From a virus: a stretch of 64,000 bases of DNA. The notes beneath the pieces are model-generated. The model did no database searches. It was not told the DNA's origin and was given only the letters and a program-made list of their open reading frames with translations. The stretch lies in the IMG/VR virus record IMGVR_UViG_3300021375_002698. One strand, written 5' to 3'. Shown in pieces: positions 10,617 to 21,908 of the stretch. Position 1 is the first letter of the stretch. Each line of letters starts with the position of its first letter. The translations under genes and the position numbers were made by a program.

Positions 10617-13600
10617 TCATTTTTCAGAGAGAACTCTATTGTTTTTATACTCTTTATTGCGATACACATTTGGCAACTCTCTATTATGATTATATTTGTT
10701 TTCATCATTAATAGCCAGACGACTATCAGACATTTTATACTCATACTTACTTCTTTCAAGTATGTGAGACTCATAAACGTAGTTAAATCCTAGAAATCCA
10801 ACTTTATTAGGTATTGACTCTTTTATTATGTTACTTAAAGCATTGTCAAAATACTTAAAAAAATTCATTAATGTTTTATTGTTTATTTCTTTTTCTAATA
10901 ACTTAAAATACTGATTTCTTTTATTATCTAAAGAATTATATCTATATGAATACAAATTAGAAGATACCATTAAGTCGTTTGTATAATCATTCAAAGAAGA
11001 TAACATTCTAGATATATCTTCGTTTAAAAACTTAGCTGAAGATACTTCAATAGATACTCTTGCGTCTTTAACGTTGTCAAAATTTTCTAATGTTGAATAA
11101 GATGGAAATTTTTCAAACCTATTGTTAAAATTTTTATTTTCTTCTTCTTTGTAACTTACTATATTAAATCCATTTTCTAGTGAAGGTTCATCTATTTTAT
11201 AGGAAGTTATCTTACTATAAGACGCTGCAGATTTATTTGTATTTTTTAAATCACTAGTCGTATTGTTTATTTTTAATTTTAAAGAATTTATATCCTCTTC
11301 TATGTTATTATTTAATACTTTTTTAAATATTTTAAAGTTTTTAAATGTTACAGTCTTATCTGTTTGAGTTGTAACAATATCACTATCATCAATTTCAAAT
11401 TTTACAACTCCATCAACAATTAAGTCTTTGTCGATTTCTAAATCATCAGTGCCTACGTTGTTAATATCACTATAATGAGAACTTATTTCACTATCAGATA
11501 AACTTTTTTTCCATATTCTAATACCACATATATCACCGTCAAAGTTTGTATCTACAATATTACCTAGACCTCCAGGATTATCACTATATTTATAGTTTCC
11601 TATTTGAACATCTATGTTGTTTTTGTCTTTTAATATAGGAATTGTTTCTCCATAGTTTAAAACAATAGAGTTTTTTGCTAATATCCTCCCATTATTGACA
11701 AATCCGTAATCTTTTATATAAAGATCAGTTTGATATATTTTACTATTTCCATCAATTTTTGTTAACTTGTGTGAGATGTTAACATATTTTATTCCTTCAA
11801 ATAAGTCAATATCATTTATTAGTATTTGCTTTTCTATACTACCTGTGTAAGGTATAAACTTAAGTGTAATATCAAACTTATCTTTCTCAGAATTTGATCT
11901 TTCAGCTTGTAAATTAAAAACAGGCGAATTGTTATCGTTTATCCTGATTATGCTCTGTTTATTGTTTATTTTTCTTAATAGTAATTTATTGTAAGTTAAA
12001 AAAAGTTCAAACGACCAATCATCAGGTAATCCAGTCGTTATATGTTGGGCCAATATAATATCTTTATCTCTATCACTATCAAATGAATATTGATTGTCGT
12101 ATCTTACGCTTTTAATTTCTAAGAAGGGTCTATTATTTGAAAAGCTATTTTCACTTGAGTACGTAGGTGTTATAGAAGAAAGTTTTTCATTAAAAAAAGA
12201 AATTGTATTTATGTTTTTTTCTATTACTTTAAAATTTTCAAGATTTGAAATAATATTGTTGCTAGAAAACTCTCTTATGTTGACAAATTTATCGAAAGGC
12301 ACACCAAAGCTATGAAAAATATTTTTTATTGAATTTTTTGTTCCTTTGCTTTCTAAAAAAGCCTTACTATTTATTAGAAGTCTCTTCCATAAAATATTCT
12401 GTATTTGTCTTAATGTTTTTTCTGATTTTATATCTTCAAAAGTTAAGTTTTCGCCATCAAGTTTACTTTTTAAAGGACTAGGTAGTATTTCTCTAAAATC
12501 AAATCCGCTTCTTTTACATAGCAAAGGTAATATTATACCTAAATTAACATCTTTATTAATTGTGTCATATGATAAATTAATTATTTCGCTTAAAGAATCA
12601 ACATAACACTTTAAACTATCAAAAAATCTAGCCCACATAATGAGTATATTTGTTATAAGCGTATTACTTTTTTTGTCTATACCTACACCTGTATTTGCTG
12701 GGGCATAGTTTGATGTCTCTACATATAACGACATATTTTGTAATTCACTACTTTCAACAAAATAATGTTTTGGAAAAAGCTTAAATATAATATTTGGGTT
12801 TATATTATCATATTTTTTTGCTAAAACTATGAGATTTTCAAATTCTGTAATGTTTTCTTGAAAGCTTGCAAAAAGTGAAGGTTCTTTTCTTTCATGTACA
12901 ATTGGACTTATACTATTATCTCTATAGTTACTAGTATCATTTATTGCTGTATTGTCATTATTTAAAATAAGACCATGAAGTTTATTGCCAGAGCTATCTA
13001 ACGTGATATTATTATTGTTATGATTTCCTCCAGGTTCATTAAACTTTAAATATAATGCTAAACCTTTTTGAGAATATATAGACTTTTTCATATACTTAAC
13101 AGTCTGTTTTTTGCTTGTTTTCTTAAAAAAGTATTTAAAATCATCTATGCCTATATTGTTTAAGTTATTAAAGTCTATGCTATTAAAAGTTAAGCTTTCG
13201 CTATTACCAATTACAAAATTATTTGATATTGAACTAAAATTACTACTAAAATTTTCTACAGGAAGCTTTGTAGATGTATTGTTAATATTAGTGCTAGTCA
13301 ATTCATGGCAATTAATGAAAAATTTTATGCTTCTTGTATCATTCACATTTTCAACTGAAATGTGAATATTTTTAAATTTTTGCTTTTTAGTTTTTGATTG
13401 CCATTCATTACTTGTAAATATTGATTCTTTGACTACTAATGACTTTTTTCCAATAGAAACTCCATTATTGATCAATAAAAAGTTAATAAAATAATCAAAG
13501 TCTGATCCATTTGATTCTCTAGAAAGATAACATATAAAACCAGACTCATTATTGTTTGAATTACTAAAGTGCTTAAATAAAACTTGATTATTGCTAGATG

Positions 13601-14192
13601 ACAGTGTATTTGTTTCTTCTAACAACAACCAAAAGTTAAATGAAAATTTTCTTTTTTTAGGATCTAGAAAGCCAACGTCTCGCTTGGAGTGATCATTTAA
13701 ATAAAATCCTCTTTGATTCTTTATTGTAACTTTAATATTTGAAGTAAAATTTAAATAACCAAAGTATCTTTTGAAGTTGTTTTTAAGTATATAGTTTGTA
13801 TATCCGTCAATCTTTGAAAAGTAATCAATATTTGCAAAATAATCTTTGTCATACGGATAATCATTGTATATTCTATCATAAGAATTAATAACTTTGCTTA
13901 CTGCAGAGTCAAAAAAAACATGCTCTTCAAATTTAGAAAAGTCAATATTTTCAAGTTGTGCTGTACTAAAAAAACTATCATAATCATCAATTCTTTTTAA
14001 AAATCTTGATAAGTCTTTACTATTTAAGTCACTAAAGTCAATAATATCAGTACTTTTATTGCTATCTAAGAAGTTATTTATTTCTTTTTCATGAGAGCTT
14101 AATTGTAAGTTATATCTATTTCTATTTTTAGTAAATAAACTTTTTTTATTTAGCCTGCTTGCACTTCCAGAAGTTCCTGCTATTGTTGACAT
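10617..14192 (-). CDS. Putative baseplate wedge protein with LamG/ConA-like domains
   Basis: LamG-type motifs (FSFNFW, LYLKFNE...DSSGNKLHG, FDGDICGIRIWKKSLS); SKGTKNSI wedge-like motif; position downstream of baseplate J. Confidence 0.65.
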   Translation of the reverse strand: MSTIAGTSGSASRLNKKSLFTKNRNRYNLQLSSHEKEINNFLDSNKSTDIIDFSDLNSKDLSRFLKRIDDYDSFFSTAQLENIDFSKFEEHVFFDSAVSKVINSYDRIYNDYPYDKDYFANIDYFSKIDGYTNYILKNNFKRYFGYLNFTSNIKVTIKNQRGFYLNDHSKRDVGFLDPKKRKFSFNFWLLLEETNTLSSSNNQVLFKHFSNSNNNESGFICYLSRESNGSDFDYFINFLLINNGVSIGKKSLVVKESIFTSNEWQSKTKKQKFKNIHISVENVNDTRSIKFFINCHELTSTNINNTSTKLPVENFSSNFSSISNNFVIGNSESLTFNSIDFNNLNNIGIDDFKYFFKKTSKKQTVKYMKKSIYSQKGLALYLKFNEPGGNHNNNNITLDSSGNKLHGLILNNDNTAINDTSNYRDNSISPIVHERKEPSLFASFQENITEFENLIVLAKKYDNINPNIIFKLFPKHYFVESSELQNMSLYVETSNYAPANTGVGIDKKSNTLITNILIMWARFFDSLKCYVDSLSEIINLSYDTINKDVNLGIILPLLCKRSGFDFREILPSPLKSKLDGENLTFEDIKSEKTLRQIQNILWKRLLINSKAFLESKGTKNSIKNIFHSFGVPFDKFVNIREFSSNNIISNLENFKVIEKNINTISFFNEKLSSITPTYSSENSFSNNRPFLEIKSVRYDNQYSFDSDRDKDIILAQHITTGLPDDWSFELFLTYNKLLLRKINNKQSIIRINDNNSPVFNLQAERSNSEKDKFDITLKFIPYTGSIEKQILINDIDLFEGIKYVNISHKLTKIDGNSKIYQTDLYIKDYGFVNNGRILAKNSIVLNYGETIPILKDKNNIDVQIGNYKYSDNPGGLGNIVDTNFDGDICGIRIWKKSLSDSEISSHYSDINNVGTDDLEIDKDLIVDGVVKFEIDDSDIVTTQTDKTVTFKNFKIFKKVLNNNIEEDINSLKLKINNTTSDLKNTNKSAASYSKITSYKIDEPSLENGFNIVSYKEEENKNFNNRFEKFPSYSTLENFDNVKDARVSIEVSSAKFLNEDISRMLSSLNDYTNDLMVSSNLYSYRYNSLDNKRNQYFKLLEKEINNKTLMNFFKYFDNALSNIIKESIPNKVGFLGFNYVYESHILERSKYEYKMSDSRLAINDENKYNHNRELPNVYRNKEYKNNRVLSEK

Positions 14193-16303
14193 TATTCTAT
14201 CCTAAAAATTTTATTAATTGATTTTATAAGTTTTTTAACTCCAGTAATATTGTCAAATGTTTTAAATTCAAATATTACTCTTTTATTTTTAAATATTTTT
14301 GGTACAAATAAATCAAAAATATATTTTTCACCATCAAAAAATAATTTTGTACCAATATCATTGTAATCTATTAATACATCGTCAGTATCAACATCTAACA
14401 CTTTATAATATACTGTGCCTATATTATCACTAGGTAAGTCATAAGGAACTTTAACAACATCATACTGCTTAAAATTATCTATAAAGAATACTTCAATTGT
14501 TTGTATATTATCATCTGATACTAATCTATTGTCTTCGATTCTTATAGCAACATTAACATTTCTATAATTTATCTCATTTAATGTCTCGCCTGCTAAAAAC
14601 TCAATAGACTCTGATAATATATTATATTCTACAACTTCAAAAGCATCACCTGCTCCTGAACCTGCTCCTGTAGCTGTAAAAACAGTTCCTACGTTATTAT
14701 TTAATGCTCCTATTGTAGTAAAATCATTTTGTCCAGCAGCGTAATTTCTAATTTTATATTTTTTCCCTATAACAAAAGATCCTGCTTCTACTATAGTCGT
14801 ATCACTATCTTCCCAGTACCATGTTAAAGCATCTTTATAAGACCCACTAGCTAAAAGATGTGAAGATATATTTGAATTAAATCTGCTTAGAGCTGTATTT
14901 GATAATGTTTTCTTTTTTATACCTGAAATTATCTCGCCTTTAAAATTAGTAACATTAGATGTGTCTGATATGCTATCAAATAAACTACCGATTTTGAATT
15001 TAATGTTATCACCACCTGCTGTAGGTGGTGAAAAATCTTTTAATTTTCCATTTACTCTATTGAATAAGTAAAAAATCTCTTCGTTATTTAGATATCTTTT
15101 TTTGTTTTTTGGATTTTGTGGAATATGATAGCTACTATCGTCAATAATAATTCTTAGTTGTGGTATAAACTTCTTATTTAAAAGATGTCTACTTCCTGAT
15201 CTTTTTACAAAATACGAAGTTAAATTATATAAATATTGATTGCTAAACGTAACAATAAATCCTTTATCGTCTAATATAGAAACTCCATCATCATCACCAT
15301 TATCGCCAACGTCTGTATCGTTTATTAACTTTTTAACATAACTTGTTACATCGAAAACAATGTCTTCATTTCCTTCTTTAAAGTTTAAAGAACTTGATGA
15401 GTCTGTATTTCTTACATCATCAAGTAAAGAAATGTATCCGGGAATTTTCCAAGTATCATACGTTCCATCTGTTTTCAACGAAGAAGAAACAAAGTTAGAA
15501 GAACCCTTGTCTGAAAAGTGTATTGTATCTTTACCCATTCCTTCATCAAAATCTTTTAACAAAGGATACGCAGTTAAAGTGTAATTTTTTGGTTTTGATA
15601 AACCTGTTGTTACATCTTTCAATACAATTACAGCTTTGAACTTATTACTATCATTATATACACTACTAGAAAATTCATTATTAGAATTACTAACGTATTT
15701 TGACTTAAAACTAGATATGTCAAATTTTAAGAGTGCAGCGCTATAGTCTATTCTTGAAAACTTTGTAATTGCAGTACCAGTAGCTGATGTTCCAACATGT
15801 TCCATAGCTGTGGGTATTGTAAAAGTAGTATCACCAGATTCACCAGGTTTATCCTGTTTTAGCACTAATACATTATTTGAATTTCCATATGCAGTAATAT
15901 TCAAAGTTAAACTGTTGTTTGCAGAAGAAACATTGTTGATAGCATCAGCAATTCTTTGAGAATAGTTTTTAGGAGTACTATCATTATGATCAGTTATGTC
16001 TGAAGTGCCTACTATCACTTTACCCGCACTTAAATTTTCTGAAGTGTTGTCTGTATTCTCTGTATTATCAATAATAAAAGTAACAGAATTATTATCTGCA
16101 TCTATGAGTGTTATATTATCGTTTTGAGAAAAACTTGAAGTAAATTTAAAAGCTGCCCAAGATTTAGAATGTTTATTTTCATTATACAATTTAAATAAAT
16201 CAATTGTTGCAGCTTTACCAAAATTTGCTAAGCTGCCATCATTAAACTGTGTCTGTAGATTAGTAATGTATGTATCTTTAGTTGGATTTAATATAAATAT
16301 CAT
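14192..16303 (-). CDS. Putative baseplate-associated virion protein
   Basis: KDTYIT N-terminus, ALLKFD and FDVTSYV motifs (DNRLRE-like fold); directly downstream of baseplate J. Confidence 0.55.
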   Translation of the reverse strand: MIFILNPTKDTYITNLQTQFNDGSLANFGKAATIDLFKLYNENKHSKSWAAFKFTSSFSQNDNITLIDADNNSVTFIIDNTENTDNTSENLSAGKVIVGTSDITDHNDSTPKNYSQRIADAINNVSSANNSLTLNITAYGNSNNVLVLKQDKPGESGDTTFTIPTAMEHVGTSATGTAITKFSRIDYSAALLKFDISSFKSKYVSNSNNEFSSSVYNDSNKFKAVIVLKDVTTGLSKPKNYTLTAYPLLKDFDEGMGKDTIHFSDKGSSNFVSSSLKTDGTYDTWKIPGYISLLDDVRNTDSSSSLNFKEGNEDIVFDVTSYVKKLINDTDVGDNGDDDGVSILDDKGFIVTFSNQYLYNLTSYFVKRSGSRHLLNKKFIPQLRIIIDDSSYHIPQNPKNKKRYLNNEEIFYLFNRVNGKLKDFSPPTAGGDNIKFKIGSLFDSISDTSNVTNFKGEIISGIKKKTLSNTALSRFNSNISSHLLASGSYKDALTWYWEDSDTTIVEAGSFVIGKKYKIRNYAAGQNDFTTIGALNNNVGTVFTATGAGSGAGDAFEVVEYNILSESIEFLAGETLNEINYRNVNVAIRIEDNRLVSDDNIQTIEVFFIDNFKQYDVVKVPYDLPSDNIGTVYYKVLDVDTDDVLIDYNDIGTKLFFDGEKYIFDLFVPKIFKNKRVIFEFKTFDNITGVKKLIKSINKIFRIE

Positions 16304-16315
16304 ATTAATTTACCT

Positions 16316-18166
16316 TTAATTAGCAATTATTTCAATGTCGTTAGCAGTATATCTCATTTCAAATATACCGCCAGGATCAGGATATATAAAACCTTCATCA
16401 TAATCACTTATTGGATTAAAGAAGTTATTATTATAAGTTAGTGTAATATCTTCATCTTCATCAAAAAACTCATTAGTAGAATTTTTTGAAACTATCATGT
16501 TTTGTTGTCTTGTAATTATAGATACTACACCATCAACACCTAATACTAATTTTACAAGATCATTTGTATTAAGCGCTTCGCCTATCTGCAAACTATCAAA
16601 TCTCATATCTTCAATTATTCTAAACAATACATCATCTATGACAGAATCTATATCGTTTCCTTCACCTACTCTTATTTCAACTTTAATTCCAAAATTATAA
16701 ACAGGAACATCTAAGATATTAAAATTATCGCCAATCAGCCTAAATTCATTTAAATATTTAGATAGATTTAATTTTATAGCGTCAGAAGCTGGAACATAAA
16801 AATTATTTATATCTTTACATATAACGTATAAATCTTTTGACCCGTTAGAATAAGGGTTATCTATAGCAGCAACTTTATTTATTTTGCCAAAGTTAGTTGG
16901 CATTGAATATATTCTACCAATCAAATCTTCATGTGTAATAATTCTTGACTGTGTTTTCATTGCGTTAGGTATTAATGTTTTAAGCTCTTCTATCTTTAAT
17001 CCATTAGACCCGCCAACAGCGTTTTCTTCATTTATAACGTCTAATGAAAGTCTTATATCATTAATCTCTTCAACAAAATTATCTATATTATCAACATTTG
17101 GAAAAGTCATAAATTGTTTAATAACACTATCTATTGTTCCTTCTTGAACATTATGATCTAATCCACCACCGTATCTATATCTAATTGATATTGTACTACC
17201 TTGTGGTGAAACACCTAAGCTATTAGACTTGATTAACATATTAGGATCAAGTGACTTACTTTGAAAATAATCTGATTGTCTTATAGGAAGCAAGATATCT
17301 TCTGGGTTATCAAGGATATTATCTTTTAAAACTTTTCCATCACCATTACCAAATCTTAACATTGTTTTTCCATTTGAGAAGTTTGTCTCTCTTGCGAATC
17401 TATAAATTGCTGGCAATATTTCAAAATATGTATCATTACTAAATTCAACTTTTTTATAAATAGTACTTTGAGACAAATAATCCACTTCATAATACTCGTT
17501 TAAGTCGCTATCAATAATACTTATAATATCTGTTACATTTTCATTTTCTAGTTCATAAAAAAGAAAACTATTATTATTGTCTTCACTAAAAGTATGATTT
17601 TCAGTTACGGAATTACCTGAAATGCATAATCCTTTTTTTGAAAGAATATATGATATTATATTTCCATCGTCATCTTCATCACCTGGCTCAATATCATACC
17701 CATGAGAAAAGTCTACATCTTCAATAAGCGTAAACTCTACTGATCTTTCTGAAACGATTGTATTTTTTCTTACTACAGGTAACACTTCTTTTTTAGGGAC
17801 TTTTTTACCATTTTCTTCTACAGAATTAACTTCAATAAAAAAAGTAACATTAACAGAAGAGGGTGATCTATTATTGCTTTTTATGCCTGCATTTTTTAAA
17901 TGTTTAACAATGTTTTCCGAATTTGTAGATGTTTCGTAACTTAATTCTTTGACTTGCTGTTCAATATAGAAACTAATAGAATCTCCTACAATTGCTGCAA
18001 AGTCTAAAAGCATGCCTCCAAGTGAAGTTTCAGAAAAATCAGAAATTTGATCACTAAAATTATTTGTAGCATGACTAAGAAGCTCATTTCTAAAATCAGA
18101 CATGTTTTTATTTACATACTGACTTTTTCTTTTTGTTTTTAATTTTTTATTTAGTTTACTTGACAT
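16316..18166 (-). CDS. Baseplate wedge subunit (baseplate J / T4 gp6-like)
   Basis: DFSETSLGGMLLDFAAIVGD, LRFGNG, YRYGGG, AVGG...QSRIITHED motifs; follows the gp25-like gene. Confidence 0.85.
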   Translation of the reverse strand: MSSKLNKKLKTKRKSQYVNKNMSDFRNELLSHATNNFSDQISDFSETSLGGMLLDFAAIVGDSISFYIEQQVKELSYETSTNSENIVKHLKNAGIKSNNRSPSSVNVTFFIEVNSVEENGKKVPKKEVLPVVRKNTIVSERSVEFTLIEDVDFSHGYDIEPGDEDDDGNIISYILSKKGLCISGNSVTENHTFSEDNNNSFLFYELENENVTDIISIIDSDLNEYYEVDYLSQSTIYKKVEFSNDTYFEILPAIYRFARETNFSNGKTMLRFGNGDGKVLKDNILDNPEDILLPIRQSDYFQSKSLDPNMLIKSNSLGVSPQGSTISIRYRYGGGLDHNVQEGTIDSVIKQFMTFPNVDNIDNFVEEINDIRLSLDVINEENAVGGSNGLKIEELKTLIPNAMKTQSRIITHEDLIGRIYSMPTNFGKINKVAAIDNPYSNGSKDLYVICKDINNFYVPASDAIKLNLSKYLNEFRLIGDNFNILDVPVYNFGIKVEIRVGEGNDIDSVIDDVLFRIIEDMRFDSLQIGEALNTNDLVKLVLGVDGVVSIITRQQNMIVSKNSTNEFFDEDEDITLTYNNNFFNPISDYDEGFIYPDPGGIFEMRYTANDIEIIAN

Positions 18167-18171
18167 TTATA

Positions 18172-18663
18172 TCACCCTGATGTCTTTAATTTAATTGTTA
18201 AACTTCTTTGTTGCTTGCTTAAACTAAGTATATTGTACTTTAAAGTTAAAATAATAATTGTTTCACTATTGCTACTATTTTTTTCTTCTTTCGACTGGAA
18301 TTCTATTAAGTTTATGAAAGGCATATACTTTTGAATAGAATTTCTAATCTCTTCCATTGCAATTTCTTGTATATCATCTTTATTTTTAAGTGAGTATATT
18401 TTTTTTAAATTAGTACCAAAGTCTGAAAATCCTAGTCTTTCTCCTTTTTTTGTAAGCAAAAGATTTTTTAAATTGTCATCTATTTGATCTTCTAAGGAAA
18501 AGTGCATCTTGAACAAAGATTCTTTTCCTAGCGCTCCTTTCTCTAACGGAGTTTTTATCCCTAAAGGCAACTCAAATACATCTATATTGTTTGAAAAATT
18601 TATATTTTCAACTTCTTTTGATACAGAGTTTCCTGTACTTTTAAATTTAAATTCTCCAGACAT
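18172..18663 (-). CDS. Baseplate wedge subunit, gp25/GPW family
   Basis: NLKNLLLTKKGER...DFGTNL signature. Confidence 0.9.
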   Translation of the reverse strand: MSGEFKFKSTGNSVSKEVENINFSNNIDVFELPLGIKTPLEKGALGKESLFKMHFSLEDQIDDNLKNLLLTKKGERLGFSDFGTNLKKIYSLKNKDDIQEIAMEEIRNSIQKYMPFINLIEFQSKEEKNSSNSETIIILTLKYNILSLSKQQRSLTIKLKTSG

Positions 18664-18701
18664 TATGACTTCCTAACAAATATATATAATTTAATTATTA
18701 T

Positions 18702-20504
18702 CTAAGAAGTTTTTGATACTTTACTTAATAATTTATTTAAATTAGTTTTTATATCTTCAATTTTAGTTTTTTCTGCTTTAATCTTAGTCTTTTCTAGAAG
18801 TGTCAACATTATTGGCATTGCAGTTGAAGTACCTGGCCCAGATATTACATGTGTATGATTATCTATTTTTGCAAGTGCTTTTGATAATTCATCAATTAAT
18901 TTAATATTTATATTTATTAATTCTTCTAATACTCTTACAAGGCTATTACCTAATACAAGAGGTTCTGAGAATAGTTCTGAATGCCCTAAGATTATCGTAT
19001 CTCCATTGCCATTCATATTATCTAATTTTTCTATATCAATACTACTAATAGTCTTTTTATTATTAACAATTTCATTAAATTCTTTAATTGATATTTTATT
19101 TTGATTTAGAATACTTCTTTTAAAATTGCCTATTAGTATTTTATTTCCATCAATTAGAATGTTGCCATTGTCCTCTAAACATATATGAGAATAATCATTG
19201 TAATCTTTTGAATCTTTTATTATTCTTATAGAGCTTTTGTCAATCTCTGTGTTTTCGTATTTTTCTCTTGCAACTATTCTTATTACGTTAGACTTGTTAA
19301 GAATACTTGGATAATTTTTATTATAAACATCTATTTTTTTATCTTTTTTGTTTTTATTTTCAAAATCAATAAATTTGCCTATTTTAATTTTTTCTTTAGA
19401 TACTTCTTTGTCTATATCGCTTTGATTTACAATGTGGCTTTTTAGTTTAAATTTTGTATCTATGTTGTCTCTTTCACATACATAAATCCTTGATGAGTCT
19501 AAGTCAAAATTTATTTCATTTTCAATTCTGCTAGGTATTTTTAAAGAATCTTCTTCGAACAAGTAGTTATTTGGATCTTTTAATATCTCTATTTCTTCTA
19601 ATTCGTTTTTAATATAGTATACAGGAAATTCTTCACTTACCTTGAATGTATGTTCCTTTCCAGTTTTAACTAAGTTTTTATCCAGAATGTTAAATTTTTT
19701 ATCTATAATGTCATTTCTTATGTTATTTATTTCACTTAATCTTCCTGCGACTATATCAATGCCGCCTCTTTTAGATGACTTACTTTTGATATCTGTATTT
19801 AGATTTATAAAAGCGTTGCTTGATCCTTGCAAAAGAAAGCTATTGTTGTCATCATAATATTTTGGATAATAGTTTAGATGGTTTTCTTTTGAAATTATTT
19901 TTTTACTACTAAATGAAATATTTTTATTTGAAGACTTTATAAAATCTTCATTATAGTCAGGTATAACAATACCATTTTTTATGTTTTTAGCTTTGACTTT
20001 GTTTGATTGTTTTTCACGAGCTTTTTTAGTTTGAACAATTCCATCGGGTCTTTTACTTTCATCTAAATTTTTTTCAAAGTCTCTAAGATGAAAAGAAAAA
20101 GTTGGGTCTTCTGATATGTTTAAGCCATGTACTCTAGATAGCCAAAAGTTTTTAATATATTTACTTTTATCATCATTTTGATCGCCATAAAAACTTTCAT
20201 CAACAAAATACCAAATTATCTCTCCTTTTTTGACTGGAATATTTATATGCGAAGAAAATCCTGGTAAACATACTATTATTTTAGACTTTTCTTTTTCAAA
20301 TAAAGTTACACAAATGCAAGTTCCCGAAGGTAAATTATCAACTATTGACTTTATTTCATCTTCATCCGCTTTTGAAAAGTCTGGGCTTGATATATTTTTT
20401 AATGTAATTCCATTTATTTTTTTTATAGAGGTATTTAATTTACTAAATTTTTCTTTTTTATTTAAAGATGAGTTAACAACATGTATTACAAGAGCTTTTT
20501 TCAT
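18702..20504 (-). CDS. Putative baseplate hub/central spike (gp5/GpV-like)
   Basis: P-x-x-GE N-terminal motif, C-terminal EPLVLG...HTH metal-binding spike tip; directly upstream of gp25. Confidence 0.6.
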   Translation of the reverse strand: MKKALVIHVVNSSLNKKEKFSKLNTSIKKINGITLKNISSPDFSKADEDEIKSIVDNLPSGTCICVTLFEKEKSKIIVCLPGFSSHINIPVKKGEIIWYFVDESFYGDQNDDKSKYIKNFWLSRVHGLNISEDPTFSFHLRDFEKNLDESKRPDGIVQTKKAREKQSNKVKAKNIKNGIVIPDYNEDFIKSSNKNISFSSKKIISKENHLNYYPKYYDDNNSFLLQGSSNAFINLNTDIKSKSSKRGGIDIVAGRLSEINNIRNDIIDKKFNILDKNLVKTGKEHTFKVSEEFPVYYIKNELEEIEILKDPNNYLFEEDSLKIPSRIENEINFDLDSSRIYVCERDNIDTKFKLKSHIVNQSDIDKEVSKEKIKIGKFIDFENKNKKDKKIDVYNKNYPSILNKSNVIRIVAREKYENTEIDKSSIRIIKDSKDYNDYSHICLEDNGNILIDGNKILIGNFKRSILNQNKISIKEFNEIVNNKKTISSIDIEKLDNMNGNGDTIILGHSELFSEPLVLGNSLVRVLEELININIKLIDELSKALAKIDNHTHVISGPGTSTAMPIMLTLLEKTKIKAEKTKIEDIKTNLNKLLSKVSKTS

Positions 20505-20507
20505 TTT

Positions 20508-20879
20508 CTATCCATTTATTTTACTAAATATATCATCTTCTGATATAGTCTCTGATTTTTCTTCTTCTTTTGCAATAAGCTCAGCTAACTTTAGAATTTG
20601 ATCATTAGATCTACACATTCTTTCAAGATACTTTGACATAACACCACCAATATTCATATGCTCGTTAACTCCTCCTTGCATAGAAATATATGCATCATTA
20701 AAAAGCATTTTAGCTTTTTCTCTATCTTCTAAACTATTTTCGTATATTTCCTTCCACAGCATCTTTTTTTTGTCTTCTAATGAATCAATATTATCCAACA
20801 TATCAGAAAAATTTCTAATCTGATTCTCTTTTTTTTCTGCTTTTTCTGTTTTTTCTAATAATTTTTCTGAGTCTTTCAT
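20508..20879 (-). CDS. Hypothetical helical protein
   Basis: ORF coupled to the upstream sigma-like gene (4-nt overlap). Confidence 0.7.
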   Translation of the reverse strand: MKDSEKLLEKTEKAEKKENQIRNFSDMLDNIDSLEDKKKMLWKEIYENSLEDREKAKMLFNDAYISMQGGVNEHMNIGGVMSKYLERMCRSNDQILKLAELIAKEEEKSETISEDDIFSKING

Positions 20880-21613
20880 GACAAGTCTTTCTCTTTCAAA
20901 CTAAACTTTTTATTTTCACCTACACTTTTTCTATATATTTTTCTTATACTAGATAGTGAAGCACTAAGTTCTGTGCTATTTAAACCTGATATTTCCCTTA
21001 GATAAACAAAAACTGCTCTTTTATTAAAAAATTCAAGATCTTCAATACTATTATATATCTTTCTTATTGCAATGCAACACCTTTTATCTCTATCATCCTT
21101 AATTTCTTCCTCTATATGATTAACTATTTCCATTATTACTTTAAATCTATTTCTAGAAATTTCAATAAGCTTTTCTGGATCGTCATAAGTTTGATCATAT
21201 ATTTTTTCTTTATCATAGTTCGTTAAAGAATCTTTGTCATCAAGATACACGCTTCTTTTAGAAATCTTTAGAAGACGTTTAGAATGTATTGTTAAATATC
21301 TTTTTGCGCATATGTTAAAGTAAGAAAAAGCTTTGGTGCCTTTTGAACTATCCCATTTATGCAGAGTTTCATATAGAAACGTAATGCAGTCTGTTTTCAA
21401 GTGATCAATGTCTTCATTTGATGACTTAAATCCGTAGACAGATACTAAACTTTGCACTAACTCGTTAAATGCAGGCATAATATCATTTCTATAAATCTTG
21501 TGCTTTTCTTCTACACCTTCTTCATTTTGGTAATCTATTATTTTTTCTTGCACTTCTTTGCCAAAGTACATTTTTTTTTTACTTTTTTTTATGACTTGTT
21601 TAGCTTCCTTCAT
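20876..21613 (-). CDS. Phage late-transcription sigma factor-like protein (T4 gp55-like)
   Basis: Region-2-like KWDSSKGTKAFSYFNICAKRYL, comparable to the gp55 NPFAYFT segment. Confidence 0.65.
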   Translation of the reverse strand: MKEAKQVIKKSKKKMYFGKEVQEKIIDYQNEEGVEEKHKIYRNDIMPAFNELVQSLVSVYGFKSSNEDIDHLKTDCITFLYETLHKWDSSKGTKAFSYFNICAKRYLTIHSKRLLKISKRSVYLDDKDSLTNYDKEKIYDQTYDDPEKLIEISRNRFKVIMEIVNHIEEEIKDDRDKRCCIAIRKIYNSIEDLEFFNKRAVFVYLREISGLNSTELSASLSSIRKIYRKSVGENKKFSLKEKDLS

Positions 21614-21905
21614 AATGTTCTATATCTACCTCTTCTTTGTTTAAATTGCTATTTGATAATTTATTAGCAACAACTAAAAGAGAGTTTCTAGCAGATTCAA
21701 GATTGCTCACAGCTGACTTTACTTCATAACTATCATGAAATATGGGAGTTTCCAGTATTCTTGAAATATTGTTATAATTTATATCAATAACATCTAAAGC
21801 GTCTTCTATAGCTTCACTAATTTCAATAATAATCATAGCAAACTTAAAACAATAGTATGAAGATAGTAAAAATAAAATTGCAAGTATTGTCAGAGTGTAA
21901 ATCAT
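21600..21905 (-). CDS. Hypothetical membrane protein
   Basis: N-terminal hydrophobic helix. Confidence 0.65.
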   Translation of the reverse strand: MIYTLTILAILFLLSSYYCFKFAMIIIEISEAIEDALDVIDINYNNISRILETPIFHDSYEVKSAVSNLESARNSLLVVANKLSNSNLNKEEVDIEHYEGS

Positions 21906-21908
21906 TTA

